DNA from: Halanaerobiales bacterium
GTDB taxonomy: Bacteria > Bacillota > Halanaerobiia > Halanaerobiales > M55B127
Length of the DNA stretch: 64,000 nt
Direction of reading: 5' to 3'
NCBI GenBank assembly: GCA_018334565.1
Contig: JAGXLU010000001.1
Location: 61,248-125,247 of the forward strand
Positions within the stretch are counted from its first letter, which is position 1. Every line of letters begins with the position of its first letter. Shown piece after piece: positions 9,401 through 18,098 of the stretch. The translations under genes and the position numbers were made by a program. Below the pieces are notes generated by a model, which was not told where the DNA came from, ran no database searches, and was given only the letters and a program-made list of their open reading frames with translations.

Positions 9401-10945
9401 CTATAAAGGTATATTGCCATGCTTCCTATTTGGCCTGTCTTCTTTTTTATTAATTATTGACTCTAATGCCATAATAATCCTGGGTCTTGTTTGGCTTGGA
9501 TCAATTATATCATCAACATAACCTTCTGCGGCTGCTCTATAAGGATTAGCAAAGTTTTCCCTATATTCCTCAATTTTTTCCTGTCTTTTCTTGCCTGAAT
9601 CATCAGCTTTTTTTATTTCTTTTCTAAAAATTATATTAGCTGCACCCTGAGGTCCCATAACAGCAATTTCTGCATTTGGCCATGCAAATACATAATCAGC
9701 ACCAAGGTGACCACTGCTCATCGCTATATAGGCTCCCCCATATGCTTTTCTTAAAATTACATTTATCATAGGAACGGTAGCTTCTGAATAAGCATAAAGT
9801 AATTTTGCACCATGTCTTATTACTCCACCATACTCCTGTTCTACACCCGGTAAGTAACCAGGTACATCTGTTAATGATAGAATAGGAATATTAAAAGAAT
9901 CACAAAATCTAATAAACCTTGCTGCTTTATCAGATGCATCGATATCTAATGTACCTGCTTTAAAATTTGGTTGGTTTGCGATTATCCCAACTGAACGCCC
10001 ATTTAATCTCGCAAAACCAACTACAATATTTTTTGCAAAATATTTATGAACTTCAAAAAAATCCTTATTGTCAACTATTTTTTCGATTACATCCCTTATA
10101 TCATATGCTTTATTGGGATTGACAGGTACGATCTCTTTGAGTTCTTCTTCGATGCGTTCGGGGGGATCCTCAATTTCAATAACAGGAGCTCCTTCTAAAT
10201 TATTATTTGGTATAAAGGAGATTAACTTTTTGATTTGTTCAAAACTGTGTTCCTCATTATCGGCCAAGAAGTGTGCTACACCACTAACCTGGTTGTGCGT
10301 TGATCCTCCCCCAAGGTCTTCTGCACTTACTTCTTCTCCAGTTACAGATTTAACAACCTGAGGACCAGTTATAAACATTTTGGAAGTGTGATCAACCATA
10401 AATATAAAATCTGTGATGGCTGGAGAATATACTGCCCCCCCAGCACAGGGGCCTAAAATAACAGAGATCTGTGGAATAACACCTGAATTTTCGGTGTTTC
10501 TCCTAAAAATTTCACCATACCCTTTTAGAGAGTTAACTCCTTCTTGGATCCTAGCTCCACCTGAATCAAGAAGCGCTATAAATGGGGCACCTGATTTTTT
10601 TGCCAAGTCCATAACCTTACAAATCTTCTTAGCATGCATTTCACCGAGTGAACCACCCATTGTTGTGAAGTCCTGAGCATATACATATACTGTTCTTTGA
10701 TCAATTGTGCCTTGACCGGTGATTACACCATCAGCAGGTAATTCCTTCTCATCCATACCTAAATCTTGTGAATGATGTTCTACAAACATGCCAATTTCAT
10801 TAAAACTACCATCATCAAATAACTTATCGATCCTTTCGCGGGCGGTTAGTTTATTTTTTTTATGCTGCTTTTCTATTCTTTTTTCTCCTCCGCCTTTAGA
10901 TATCTTTTCTCGTTTTTTCTCTAATTCTTGAATTTTATCTTTCAA
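9401..10945 (-). CDS. mmdA: acyl-CoA carboxyltransferase subunit (methylmalonyl-CoA decarboxylase alpha / PccB family)
   Basis: 514 aa. The N-terminus GGGEKRIEKQHKKNKLTARERIDKLFDDGSF and the two crotonase-like carboxyltransferase halves are typical of MmdA/PccB. The size fits MmdA better than the longer GcdA. Confidence 0.9.
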   Translation of the reverse strand: MKDKIQELEKKREKISKGGGEKRIEKQHKKNKLTARERIDKLFDDGSFNEIGMFVEHHSQDLGMDEKELPADGVITGQGTIDQRTVYVYAQDFTTMGGSLGEMHAKKICKVMDLAKKSGAPFIALLDSGGARIQEGVNSLKGYGEIFRRNTENSGVIPQISVILGPCAGGAVYSPAITDFIFMVDHTSKMFITGPQVVKSVTGEEVSAEDLGGGSTHNQVSGVAHFLADNEEHSFEQIKKLISFIPNNNLEGAPVIEIEDPPERIEEELKEIVPVNPNKAYDIRDVIEKIVDNKDFFEVHKYFAKNIVVGFARLNGRSVGIIANQPNFKAGTLDIDASDKAARFIRFCDSFNIPILSLTDVPGYLPGVEQEYGGVIRHGAKLLYAYSEATVPMINVILRKAYGGAYIAMSSGHLGADYVFAWPNAEIAVMGPQGAANIIFRKEIKKADDSGKKRQEKIEEYRENFANPYRAAAEGYVDDIIDPSQTRPRIIMALESIINKKEDRPNRKHGNIPL

Positions 10946-11072
10946 CTTGGTCCCTCCCTAAAAAATATATTTTGACAAATATATTGTCGTTTTCCATTAT
11001 AAATAATTCAATAATTTAATTCACTTTACCTTTGTTATCTTTTCACATATTTTTTTTAATTATATTGTACTT

Positions 11073-11918
11073 TTATACAGTAAGACAAAAATAAACCCCG
11101 GACAAGATATCTAAACCAGAACTGCTGCCGAGGTTGATAAGGTTTTGCGCATCTTTCATATACTGAAAAGGATTATAGTTTATATTTTGGTATAATATAA
11201 ATAAACTTTTATTAAATCTTTTTTTCAAAGCTGCTTTTAGATTTAAAGCACTAACCCTTGTTGTCATTTTAAAAAAATCTTCTTTTTTTAAACTTTTTTT
11301 GATCTTTAGTACATCTTCAGCAATACCAGCTTCTACTACAGATAAATAGCCAATTATAAAATCATCACTACTAGGTGTTAAGCCTATTCCCAAACCTATT
11401 AAATCATTTAAATTTCCATTTTTATTGATAAGTATTTTCAATTTTATGTAAAATTGTTTCTGGAGTGGATTTAACTCTTTTGCCTGTGGATTTTTTAAAT
11501 AATCCTTAAAGTACAATATGCTTTTATCCAAACTACCCAAGTTTTTAGTTCCTAGAATCACTTTTTCTGTCATTTTAATTAGATTACTTTTGTTAACTTG
11601 AGTAGTGCTAGGTATTTTGCCAATAAATATTTTTTTATCAGCAATATTTAATTTTTTGTTATTATAAATTATTTTAAATTCATCCAACCGTAAATTATGA
11701 AAATTTAATGCACTTTTTTTTATTTCTTTATATTTATCATTAGGTAATATAAGGTGGTAAGGAGCAGGAATCACAGAACTATCAGTAATTGCAAAACCTT
11801 TATTTTGATCAGTTTGAAAATTTATAACATGATCAAAAATGCTGATTACTTTTGCATTTAAACCATAATTTTCACAGACCAAATCACCTTCAACAATATC
11901 AGAGACCATAATTTTCAC
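11073..11918 (-). CDS. DUF2877 protein, YlbF/AllH-like (putative oxamate carbamoyltransferase subunit)
   Basis: 281 aa. The GLGIGLTPSSDDF motif and the size fit my recollection of the DUF2877/YlbF family. It overlaps the pucR stop by 20 nt. The family assignment is from memory, not a search. Confidence 0.55.
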   Translation of the reverse strand: MKIMVSDIVEGDLVCENYGLNAKVISIFDHVINFQTDQNKGFAITDSSVIPAPYHLILPNDKYKEIKKSALNFHNLRLDEFKIIYNNKKLNIADKKIFIGKIPSTTQVNKSNLIKMTEKVILGTKNLGSLDKSILYFKDYLKNPQAKELNPLQKQFYIKLKILINKNGNLNDLIGLGIGLTPSSDDFIIGYLSVVEAGIAEDVLKIKKSLKKEDFFKMTTRVSALNLKAALKKRFNKSLFILYQNINYNPFQYMKDAQNLINLGSSSGLDILSGVYFCLTV

Positions 11919-13572
11919 CTTTTGTAGCAGTGAAGTTTAACATCTTAAGAGCTATTTCTAAATTTAATTTATCTTCAGGATTATCTAGATTCAATCCTGT
12001 AATTTTCTCAATTCTTTTCAAACGGTAGTGGACAGTGTTGTAATGAATATATATTTTTTTTGCTACATTACTTAAATTTCCATTTTCTTTAAAATATGCC
12101 TTAAGTGTCTTAAGTAATTCTGTGTTGTGAGTTCTATCATACTTTAATAGAGGGTCAATTGTCTTTTTTAAAAAACTATTTTTTTCTTTCTGGTCTATCT
12201 GATAAAGTAGCTTATATACTCCTAGATCTCCAAAGAAATATATTTGATTATGCTTATCTAATTTTTTGGCAACCTGAATAGTCCTTTTCGCCTGTGAATA
12301 ACTTTTATGTAAATTTATAATATCTTTTTGATAATTTCCAATACCAATTTTAACTAAATCTTTATTCCGTTCTTCGATTATCCCCATTACTTTATTAATA
12401 AATGCATTCATATCTTCTTTTTCCTCTCTACCCTCGGGATAGAGCGCTATTAAATAAGTTCCCAAATCTCCCATGATTATATCATCATTGATCACCCGTT
12501 CGGCTGTTTCAAGATATGTTTTTTGTAAATTTTCATTTAAAAGGCCCTTCTTTTTAAAGTGATCTGAGATCAGATCCTTAAGTTCAAAAACAATCACAGA
12601 AAAACCCTTATCTAGGTCCAAACCCATATTATTTCCACGAGTCAGAATAGTCTGTTTATGATTAAACTTGCCTTTTAAAATGTCATAGAGGAGTTCGTTT
12701 CTATACTTAAACTCCACATTGGTAATAGTTCTTTTATTTAATATATCTAATGCTGCTATAGTACTAGCCCATTTCAAGGTAGAAAGGTCTAATTTATTAA
12801 TCATCTTTTTATACTCCCATGAGAAAAGATAACCGAAATGGTTGTTAGGAGTGATTATTGGTATTTTTATAAGGTTTATCTCTCTTTTATTTAAAGAAAC
12901 TAACTTTTTTTTGCATCTATAACCATAAATTTCTTCTTCTGTTTCTTTTTGTCCGTCGGTCGTAATAGTACTTAATAAATCCTCTTTAGTTAATTCTTCA
13001 TTATTATTTGGTATAGAATAAGACATTATTGATATATTGGAATCTGTAATTAAAACAGGATTATTTATCAGTTCAACCAATATAGAAGAGAGTCTATCTA
13101 GACCGTTTTCATATAAAACAGTATTTGTTAAAACCTCATGAATATTTAAGGTCTTTTCCAAAAATCTCGTCTGTACATTTAGAATTTCACTTAAAATTGG
13201 ATTTATAAATTCTGAAAAAGAAAAATCGTAGGGAATTTTAAGAAGTGGAAAATCATATTTTTTTGCTTGATCAATCATAAAGCCAGGTATTTCATTTATA
13301 TATCTACCTGGTTTAATGCCCAAACCTGCTAATTTCTTTTTGGCTAAATTAGGTATTAAGTTTTTTAATGCTTTTTTATCATCTTTAATTGAGTAAAGGG
13401 TAGTAAAAAGAAGTTCCCCCTCTTTTACCCAGTCAACTATATCGGGCACTTCCATAATGTTAACCTTTGTTATGTGGCGGTCTAAACCCTTTTGACCAGA
13501 CAAAACCTCCACTTCATTCATCTTTTCTAAATTTAAGGCTTCAGCAATAGTTATACCAATTAATTCTTTCAT
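11899..13572 (-). CDS. pucR: PucR-family transcriptional regulator (purine catabolism regulator-like)
   Basis: 557 aa. The N-terminal PucR-type ligand-binding region starts LGITIAEAL...VLSGQKGLDRHIT. The C-terminal HTH is LSNVAKKIYIHYNTVHYRLKRIEKITG. Confidence 0.85.
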   Translation of the reverse strand: MKELIGITIAEALNLEKMNEVEVLSGQKGLDRHITKVNIMEVPDIVDWVKEGELLFTTLYSIKDDKKALKNLIPNLAKKKLAGLGIKPGRYINEIPGFMIDQAKKYDFPLLKIPYDFSFSEFINPILSEILNVQTRFLEKTLNIHEVLTNTVLYENGLDRLSSILVELINNPVLITDSNISIMSYSIPNNNEELTKEDLLSTITTDGQKETEEEIYGYRCKKKLVSLNKREINLIKIPIITPNNHFGYLFSWEYKKMINKLDLSTLKWASTIAALDILNKRTITNVEFKYRNELLYDILKGKFNHKQTILTRGNNMGLDLDKGFSVIVFELKDLISDHFKKKGLLNENLQKTYLETAERVINDDIIMGDLGTYLIALYPEGREEKEDMNAFINKVMGIIEERNKDLVKIGIGNYQKDIINLHKSYSQAKRTIQVAKKLDKHNQIYFFGDLGVYKLLYQIDQKEKNSFLKKTIDPLLKYDRTHNTELLKTLKAYFKENGNLSNVAKKIYIHYNTVHYRLKRIEKITGLNLDNPEDKLNLEIALKMLNFTATKGENYGL

Positions 13573-13700
13573 TAATCTTCACCATCCCAAAAATATTTAT
13601 GATTTTTACATATGGTATTATAACATAGATGAATTTATTATGGAAGTATTCACAATATTTTTTTATATTTAAACTACTTTTTTGTGTGTATTAAATAAAT

Positions 13701-13725
13701 AGAGGCAACCATAATGGTTGCCTCT
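13701..13725 (-). terminator. rho-independent terminator of the permease gene
   Basis: A 10-bp stem agaggcaacc/ggttgcctct with loop ataat. A T-rich tract follows on the minus strand. Confidence 0.65.
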
Positions 13726-13812
13726 ACAAATTTACAATTTTAATTATTGTTTATTCAATTATAATATCTATATAATTATTGATTAACTTTATAAATTATT
13801 TGAACTTCTTAT

Positions 13813-15072
13813 TTAGCCCAGGCTGGCTGTGGATTCTGCTTCTTCTTTAGTTCCCGGCAAAACTAAGTTAAGTACAACCCCTGCAAGTGCAGCAAGAGCT
13901 AAACTAGAAAATTCAACTCTACCAAGTTTGAGAACAGCTCCACCAATACCTAATACAAGTATTGTACCACCAATAACTAAATTTCTGGACTCTTTGAAAT
14001 CTGTTTGACTTTCTACCAAAGTTCTAATACCAACAACTGTAATCATTCCATATAAGAGGAATGAAATTCCACCGATGACTGGAGTAGGAATAGTCTCGAT
14101 TAGACCACCAAATTTAGGTATAACAGCCATTGCGATTGCAAATGTAGCTGCAATTCTCATCACAACTGGATCATAAACCTTTGTTAAAGCTAAAACCCCG
14201 GTGTTTTCTCCATATGTTGTATTCGGAGGTCCACCAAATATACCAGCTAAGGCTGTAGCCATTCCATCACCAAGCATGGTTCTGTGAATACCTGGATCAG
14301 TTACTAGTTCTCGTCCTTTACCTATTGTTTCACTGATAGCAAGAATATCACCTACGTGTTCTACCATTGAAACAATGGCAACCGGAGCGATAATGGTAAT
14401 CGCCCTCATTTTAAAAACAGGTACTGTAAATTCGGGCAGTCCCAACCAAGCATTTTGCATTACAGGACTAAAGTCAACAATACCTACGATAATTGCAACT
14501 ATATATCCAGTTACTAAACCCACAATAATCGGAACAATTTTTAAGAAACCTTTTGCAAATATTGCTGCTATAATTGCTCCTAAAAGCGAGGCTACTGCTA
14601 CTACAACATTTAATGTGCTACCACCTGCCATATCAATTGCTACTGGTGCTAAAATTAAACCAATTGTCATAATTACTGGACCGGTAACAATTGGAGGGAA
14701 TATCCTTTTGATTAAACTTGGTCCTACCTTATAAATGATAAATGCAACTATAGCGTATATAATTCCTGCAAATATAATACCCCCCTGTGCAGCTGGTATA
14801 CCTCCGTGTTGTTCTATTACTAAAGCTATGGGTGCTATAAAAGCAAATGAAGAACCTAGATAAGCAGGTACTTTCTTTTTAGTAATGAAGTGAAATAACC
14901 ATGTACCAACACCCGCAGTAAATAAAGCAACCGAAACATGTAAGCCGGTTAAAATTGGAACCAAAATTGTGGCGCCGAACATAGCTAGAGCGTGTTGTAA
15001 TCCTAAGAAAACTCCTTGAAAAGTGTTGAGTTTCTTAATATCTCTAACAGCTTCATCTCTTCTTGACTCCAT
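13813..15072 (-). CDS. NCS2/NAT-family nucleobase permease, UraA/PyrP (uracil) subtype
   Basis: 419 aa and polytopic. The NAT signature region TTYGENTGVLALTKVY has Glu rather than Gln, and an upstream VEHVGD is present. Both match UraA-type substrate-binding segments rather than the xanthine/urate (QN) type. Confidence 0.85.
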   Translation of the reverse strand: MESRRDEAVRDIKKLNTFQGVFLGLQHALAMFGATILVPILTGLHVSVALFTAGVGTWLFHFITKKKVPAYLGSSFAFIAPIALVIEQHGGIPAAQGGIIFAGIIYAIVAFIIYKVGPSLIKRIFPPIVTGPVIMTIGLILAPVAIDMAGGSTLNVVVAVASLLGAIIAAIFAKGFLKIVPIIVGLVTGYIVAIIVGIVDFSPVMQNAWLGLPEFTVPVFKMRAITIIAPVAIVSMVEHVGDILAISETIGKGRELVTDPGIHRTMLGDGMATALAGIFGGPPNTTYGENTGVLALTKVYDPVVMRIAATFAIAMAVIPKFGGLIETIPTPVIGGISFLLYGMITVVGIRTLVESQTDFKESRNLVIGGTILVLGIGGAVLKLGRVEFSSLALAALAGVVLNLVLPGTKEEAESTASLG

Positions 15073-15353
15073 TAATAATTCCTCCTTTATAAATATGATA
15101 TATTATGAATGTTAAATACACTTCTCTAATTTATAAATATACCACCTCCTAATTATTTAAATTTTAGACATAAACATGGTAATTATTTCTAATAATCTCT
15201 TATATAATAATTCTCAATATCTTAACCGTATTCCTTTTGTAATAACAAACAATTTTATTGTCTTTTTTTCGTTACTTTCACTAATGTAACTATAGATATT
15301 ATCTAATATAATTATTATAATAAATAACATTTAATAAATTCGGAGGTTTTTTT

Positions 15354-15836
15354 ATGAATGGTATCAAGTTATTAAAAACAAGAAGATCTATTAGAAAATT
15401 TACCGACCAAATTATAGAAATGAATAAATTAGAGAAAATGATTGAAACAGCCAGATATGCTCCAACTACCAATAACATACAGCCCTGGGAACTCATCGTA
15501 GTTACTGATAATGATAAGCTTAAGACCCTGGAGAAGTATATAGACCAGGATAAAAAATTTCCAGCCTGTGTTGTAGTTTGTAGTCAAAATGTTAAACATC
15601 ATCTTGAAGATGGATCTAATGTAAGTACATATATCACGTTAGCAGCTCGAGAACTAGGCCTGGGAACCTGCTGGATCGGCAGTTATAATAAACCTTATTT
15701 GCCTAAGGTTAAAAAACTATTAAAAGTCCCCCAAAAATACAAAATAATTTCAATTATTACTGTAGGCTATCCAGACGAGAATCCACAACCCAACAAAAAG
15801 GAATTGGCTGAAGTAATCCACTGGGAACAATTTTAA
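15354..15836 (+). CDS. nitroreductase family protein
   Basis: 160 aa. It starts LLKTRRSIRKF and contains APTTNNIQPWE, both typical of FMN nitroreductases. GGAGG lies upstream. Confidence 0.8.
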   Translation: MNGIKLLKTRRSIRKFTDQIIEMNKLEKMIETARYAPTTNNIQPWELIVVTDNDKLKTLEKYIDQDKKFPACVVVCSQNVKHHLEDGSNVSTYITLAARELGLGTCWIGSYNKPYLPKVKKLLKVPQKYKIISIITVGYPDENPQPNKKELAEVIHWEQF

Positions 15837-15849
15837 AGAACTAATTATA

Positions 15850-15879
15850 CATAGCTGCGAGATTAATCTCACAGCCATG
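15850..15879 (-). terminator. hairpin between the convergent nitroreductase and fabF genes
   Basis: A 12-bp stem catagctgcgag/ctcacagccatg. The two positions that mismatch on the plus strand become G:U pairs on the minus strand. The U-tract is weak. Confidence 0.4.
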
Positions 15880-15889
15880 TATTTATAGT

Positions 15890-17131
15890 TTAATCTATAT
15901 TATTCAAAACAAGACATGCATTCTGTCCACCAAAACCAAACGAATTAGATAAGACATTTTTCAAATTGTCAACCTCTCGTGCCTCATTTGGTACATAATC
16001 TAAATCGCATTCTGGATCTTCATTTTCATAGTTCATAGTTGGAGGGATAATATTATCCCTAATTGCTAAAACTGAAATAATAGCCTCTATTCCACCTGCT
16101 GCACCCAGTAAATGACCTGTCATAGATTTACTTGAACTAACTGCTAAACTATCTGCATGATCTCCAAATAGATTCCTGATCGCTTTCGTTTCTAACTTAT
16201 CATTAAGGGGAGTTGAAGTACCATGAGCATTTATATATTCAAATTCTTTTAGAGGAATTCCTGACTTTTTGATAGCCATCTCCATCGCCCGATAAGCTCC
16301 TTTTCCGTCCGGATCAGGTTGGGTCATATGATAAGCATCGGCAGACATACCATACCCACTTAATTCAGCAATGATATTAGCTCCTCTATTTTTGGCGAAT
16401 TCATACTCTTCTAGGATTAGTATACCACTTCCTTCCCCAATAATAAAACCATCTCTATTTTTATCGAATGGTCGGCTTGCTTTTTCCGGTTCATCATTTC
16501 TGGTTGATAGTGCTCTCATATTACTAAAACCGGCTAAAGCCGAAGGAGAGATAGATGCTTCTGCCCCACCAGCAATCATTACTTTAGCATCACCTCTTTT
16601 AATAATTTCAGCAGCTTCTCCTATAGAATGAGTGCCTGAAGCACAAGCTGTTACTTCATTACTGTTTGGACCCTTCGCATTTGCATATATAGCAATCTGT
16701 CCGGCCACCATATTTGAAATCATCATAGGTATAAAGAAAGGACTTATTCTGCGGGGACCTCTTTTGACCAACCTTTCAACTTGCTTTTCAAAAACCTCTA
16801 TACCTCCAATACCCGAACCAACTAACACCCCTACCTCATTAGCTATATCTTGATCAACTTCCAGTTTAGCATCAGCAAGCGCTTTTAAAGCAGCAACTAC
16901 CCCATATTGAGTAAATAAGGCCATTCGTTTGGCATCTTTACGATCAATATAGTCACCTGTTGCAAAATCCTTTATTTCTGCACCTATCTGGCTTGCATAA
17001 CCTTCGGTATCAAAGCCTTCTATATGTGATATACCTGATTTTCCATTTTTAATATTTTCCCAAAATTCTTTTATCTGCATACCAAGTGAAGACACTACTC
17101 CCAGACCTGTTATAACAACTCTGTTATTCAT
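15890..17131 (-). CDS. fabF: beta-ketoacyl-ACP synthase II
   Basis: 413 aa. It has the active-site TACASG and the motifs NAHGTSTP and GHLLGAAG, with a C-terminal SNSFGFGGQN. Confidence 0.95.
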   Translation of the reverse strand: MNNRVVITGLGVVSSLGMQIKEFWENIKNGKSGISHIEGFDTEGYASQIGAEIKDFATGDYIDRKDAKRMALFTQYGVVAALKALADAKLEVDQDIANEVGVLVGSGIGGIEVFEKQVERLVKRGPRRISPFFIPMMISNMVAGQIAIYANAKGPNSNEVTACASGTHSIGEAAEIIKRGDAKVMIAGGAEASISPSALAGFSNMRALSTRNDEPEKASRPFDKNRDGFIIGEGSGILILEEYEFAKNRGANIIAELSGYGMSADAYHMTQPDPDGKGAYRAMEMAIKKSGIPLKEFEYINAHGTSTPLNDKLETKAIRNLFGDHADSLAVSSSKSMTGHLLGAAGGIEAIISVLAIRDNIIPPTMNYENEDPECDLDYVPNEAREVDNLKNVLSNSFGFGGQNACLVLNNID

Positions 17132-17150
17132 AAATATTTTACCTCCTGAA

Positions 17151-18080
17151 TTATGTTTTTTTTACTGCTTTTTTTAAACTGCTTTTATCCTGTATATTAT
17201 ATGTTTTAATAGAACGGTCTATTCTTCTCATTAAAGCCTTTAAAACCCTACCAGGTCCCAATTCAAAGGCAAGCTCAACATCATTTTCAGCCATCAGTTT
17301 TATACTTTCAACCCATCTAACTGGACTTGTTAACTGTTCACTTAAAGCTGTGGTGATTTCCCTTGTGTTTTTGACAAAATCAGCTGTGCTGTTAGCAATA
17401 ATTGGTATATTGGGATCATTAAACTCTAGTGTTTCTATATAGTTTTTCAATTTATTTTTAGCCGGTTCCATAAGCTGAGAGTGAAAAGCTGAACTTACAT
17501 TTAGTTCAACAACTTTTTTAGCTCCAGCCTTTTCTGCCAATTCCATGGCCTCATCTACCGCTTTTTCTTCACCTGATATAACAATCTGAAGAGGAGAATT
17601 AATATTGGCCAATTCACAGATCCCCTCAACATTAGTACAAATATCTTCTATCTTTTTTCTGTCCAAAGCAATTATAGCTGCCATAGTGCCCTGCGAGCCT
17701 TCTGATACAGCCTCAGACATCAACTCTCCTCTTTTGCGTACTAACTTTAAGCCAGTTGCAAAATCAAAGACACCAGCTGCACATAAGGCAGAATATTCAC
17801 CCAAGCTATGCCCAGCAACAATGGAGGGTTTAAATCCTTTGTCTTTTAGAAGTTTATAAGCTATCACACTTACTGTAAATATAGCAGGTTGTGTATTTTG
17901 GGTCTCTGTAAGTTTGTCTTCAGGACCTTTAAAACATAATTTCTTAAGATCCATTTCCAATATTTGATTTGTTTGATCAAAGTACTCTCTGGCCAGTTCA
18001 AAATTATCATAAAAATCTTTACCCATCCCTACGTATTGAGAACCCTGGCCAGGAAATACAAAAGCAGTATTTTTATTCAT
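17151..18080 (-). CDS. fabD: malonyl-CoA:ACP transacylase
   Basis: 309 aa with FPGQGSQ and GHSLGEYSA motifs. Confidence 0.95.
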   Translation of the reverse strand: MNKNTAFVFPGQGSQYVGMGKDFYDNFELAREYFDQTNQILEMDLKKLCFKGPEDKLTETQNTQPAIFTVSVIAYKLLKDKGFKPSIVAGHSLGEYSALCAAGVFDFATGLKLVRKRGELMSEAVSEGSQGTMAAIIALDRKKIEDICTNVEGICELANINSPLQIVISGEEKAVDEAMELAEKAGAKKVVELNVSSAFHSQLMEPAKNKLKNYIETLEFNDPNIPIIANSTADFVKNTREITTALSEQLTSPVRWVESIKLMAENDVELAFELGPGRVLKALMRRIDRSIKTYNIQDKSSLKKAVKKT

Positions 18081-18098
18081 TCAATTTCACTCCATTAA

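Noticed and set aside
14375-14734. A 119-aa plus-strand ORF. About 60 similar 60-130-aa ORFs in the track also lie antisense inside larger genes, for example 1001-1231, 3467-3736, 5398-5685, 7672-7953, 10068-10361, 16371-16853, 39024-39404, 52094-52405 and 57627-57947.
   Set aside because: Each is fully nested in the opposite strand of a confidently identified gene. They lack SD sequences and have skewed, repetitive composition. I treat them as frame artefacts.
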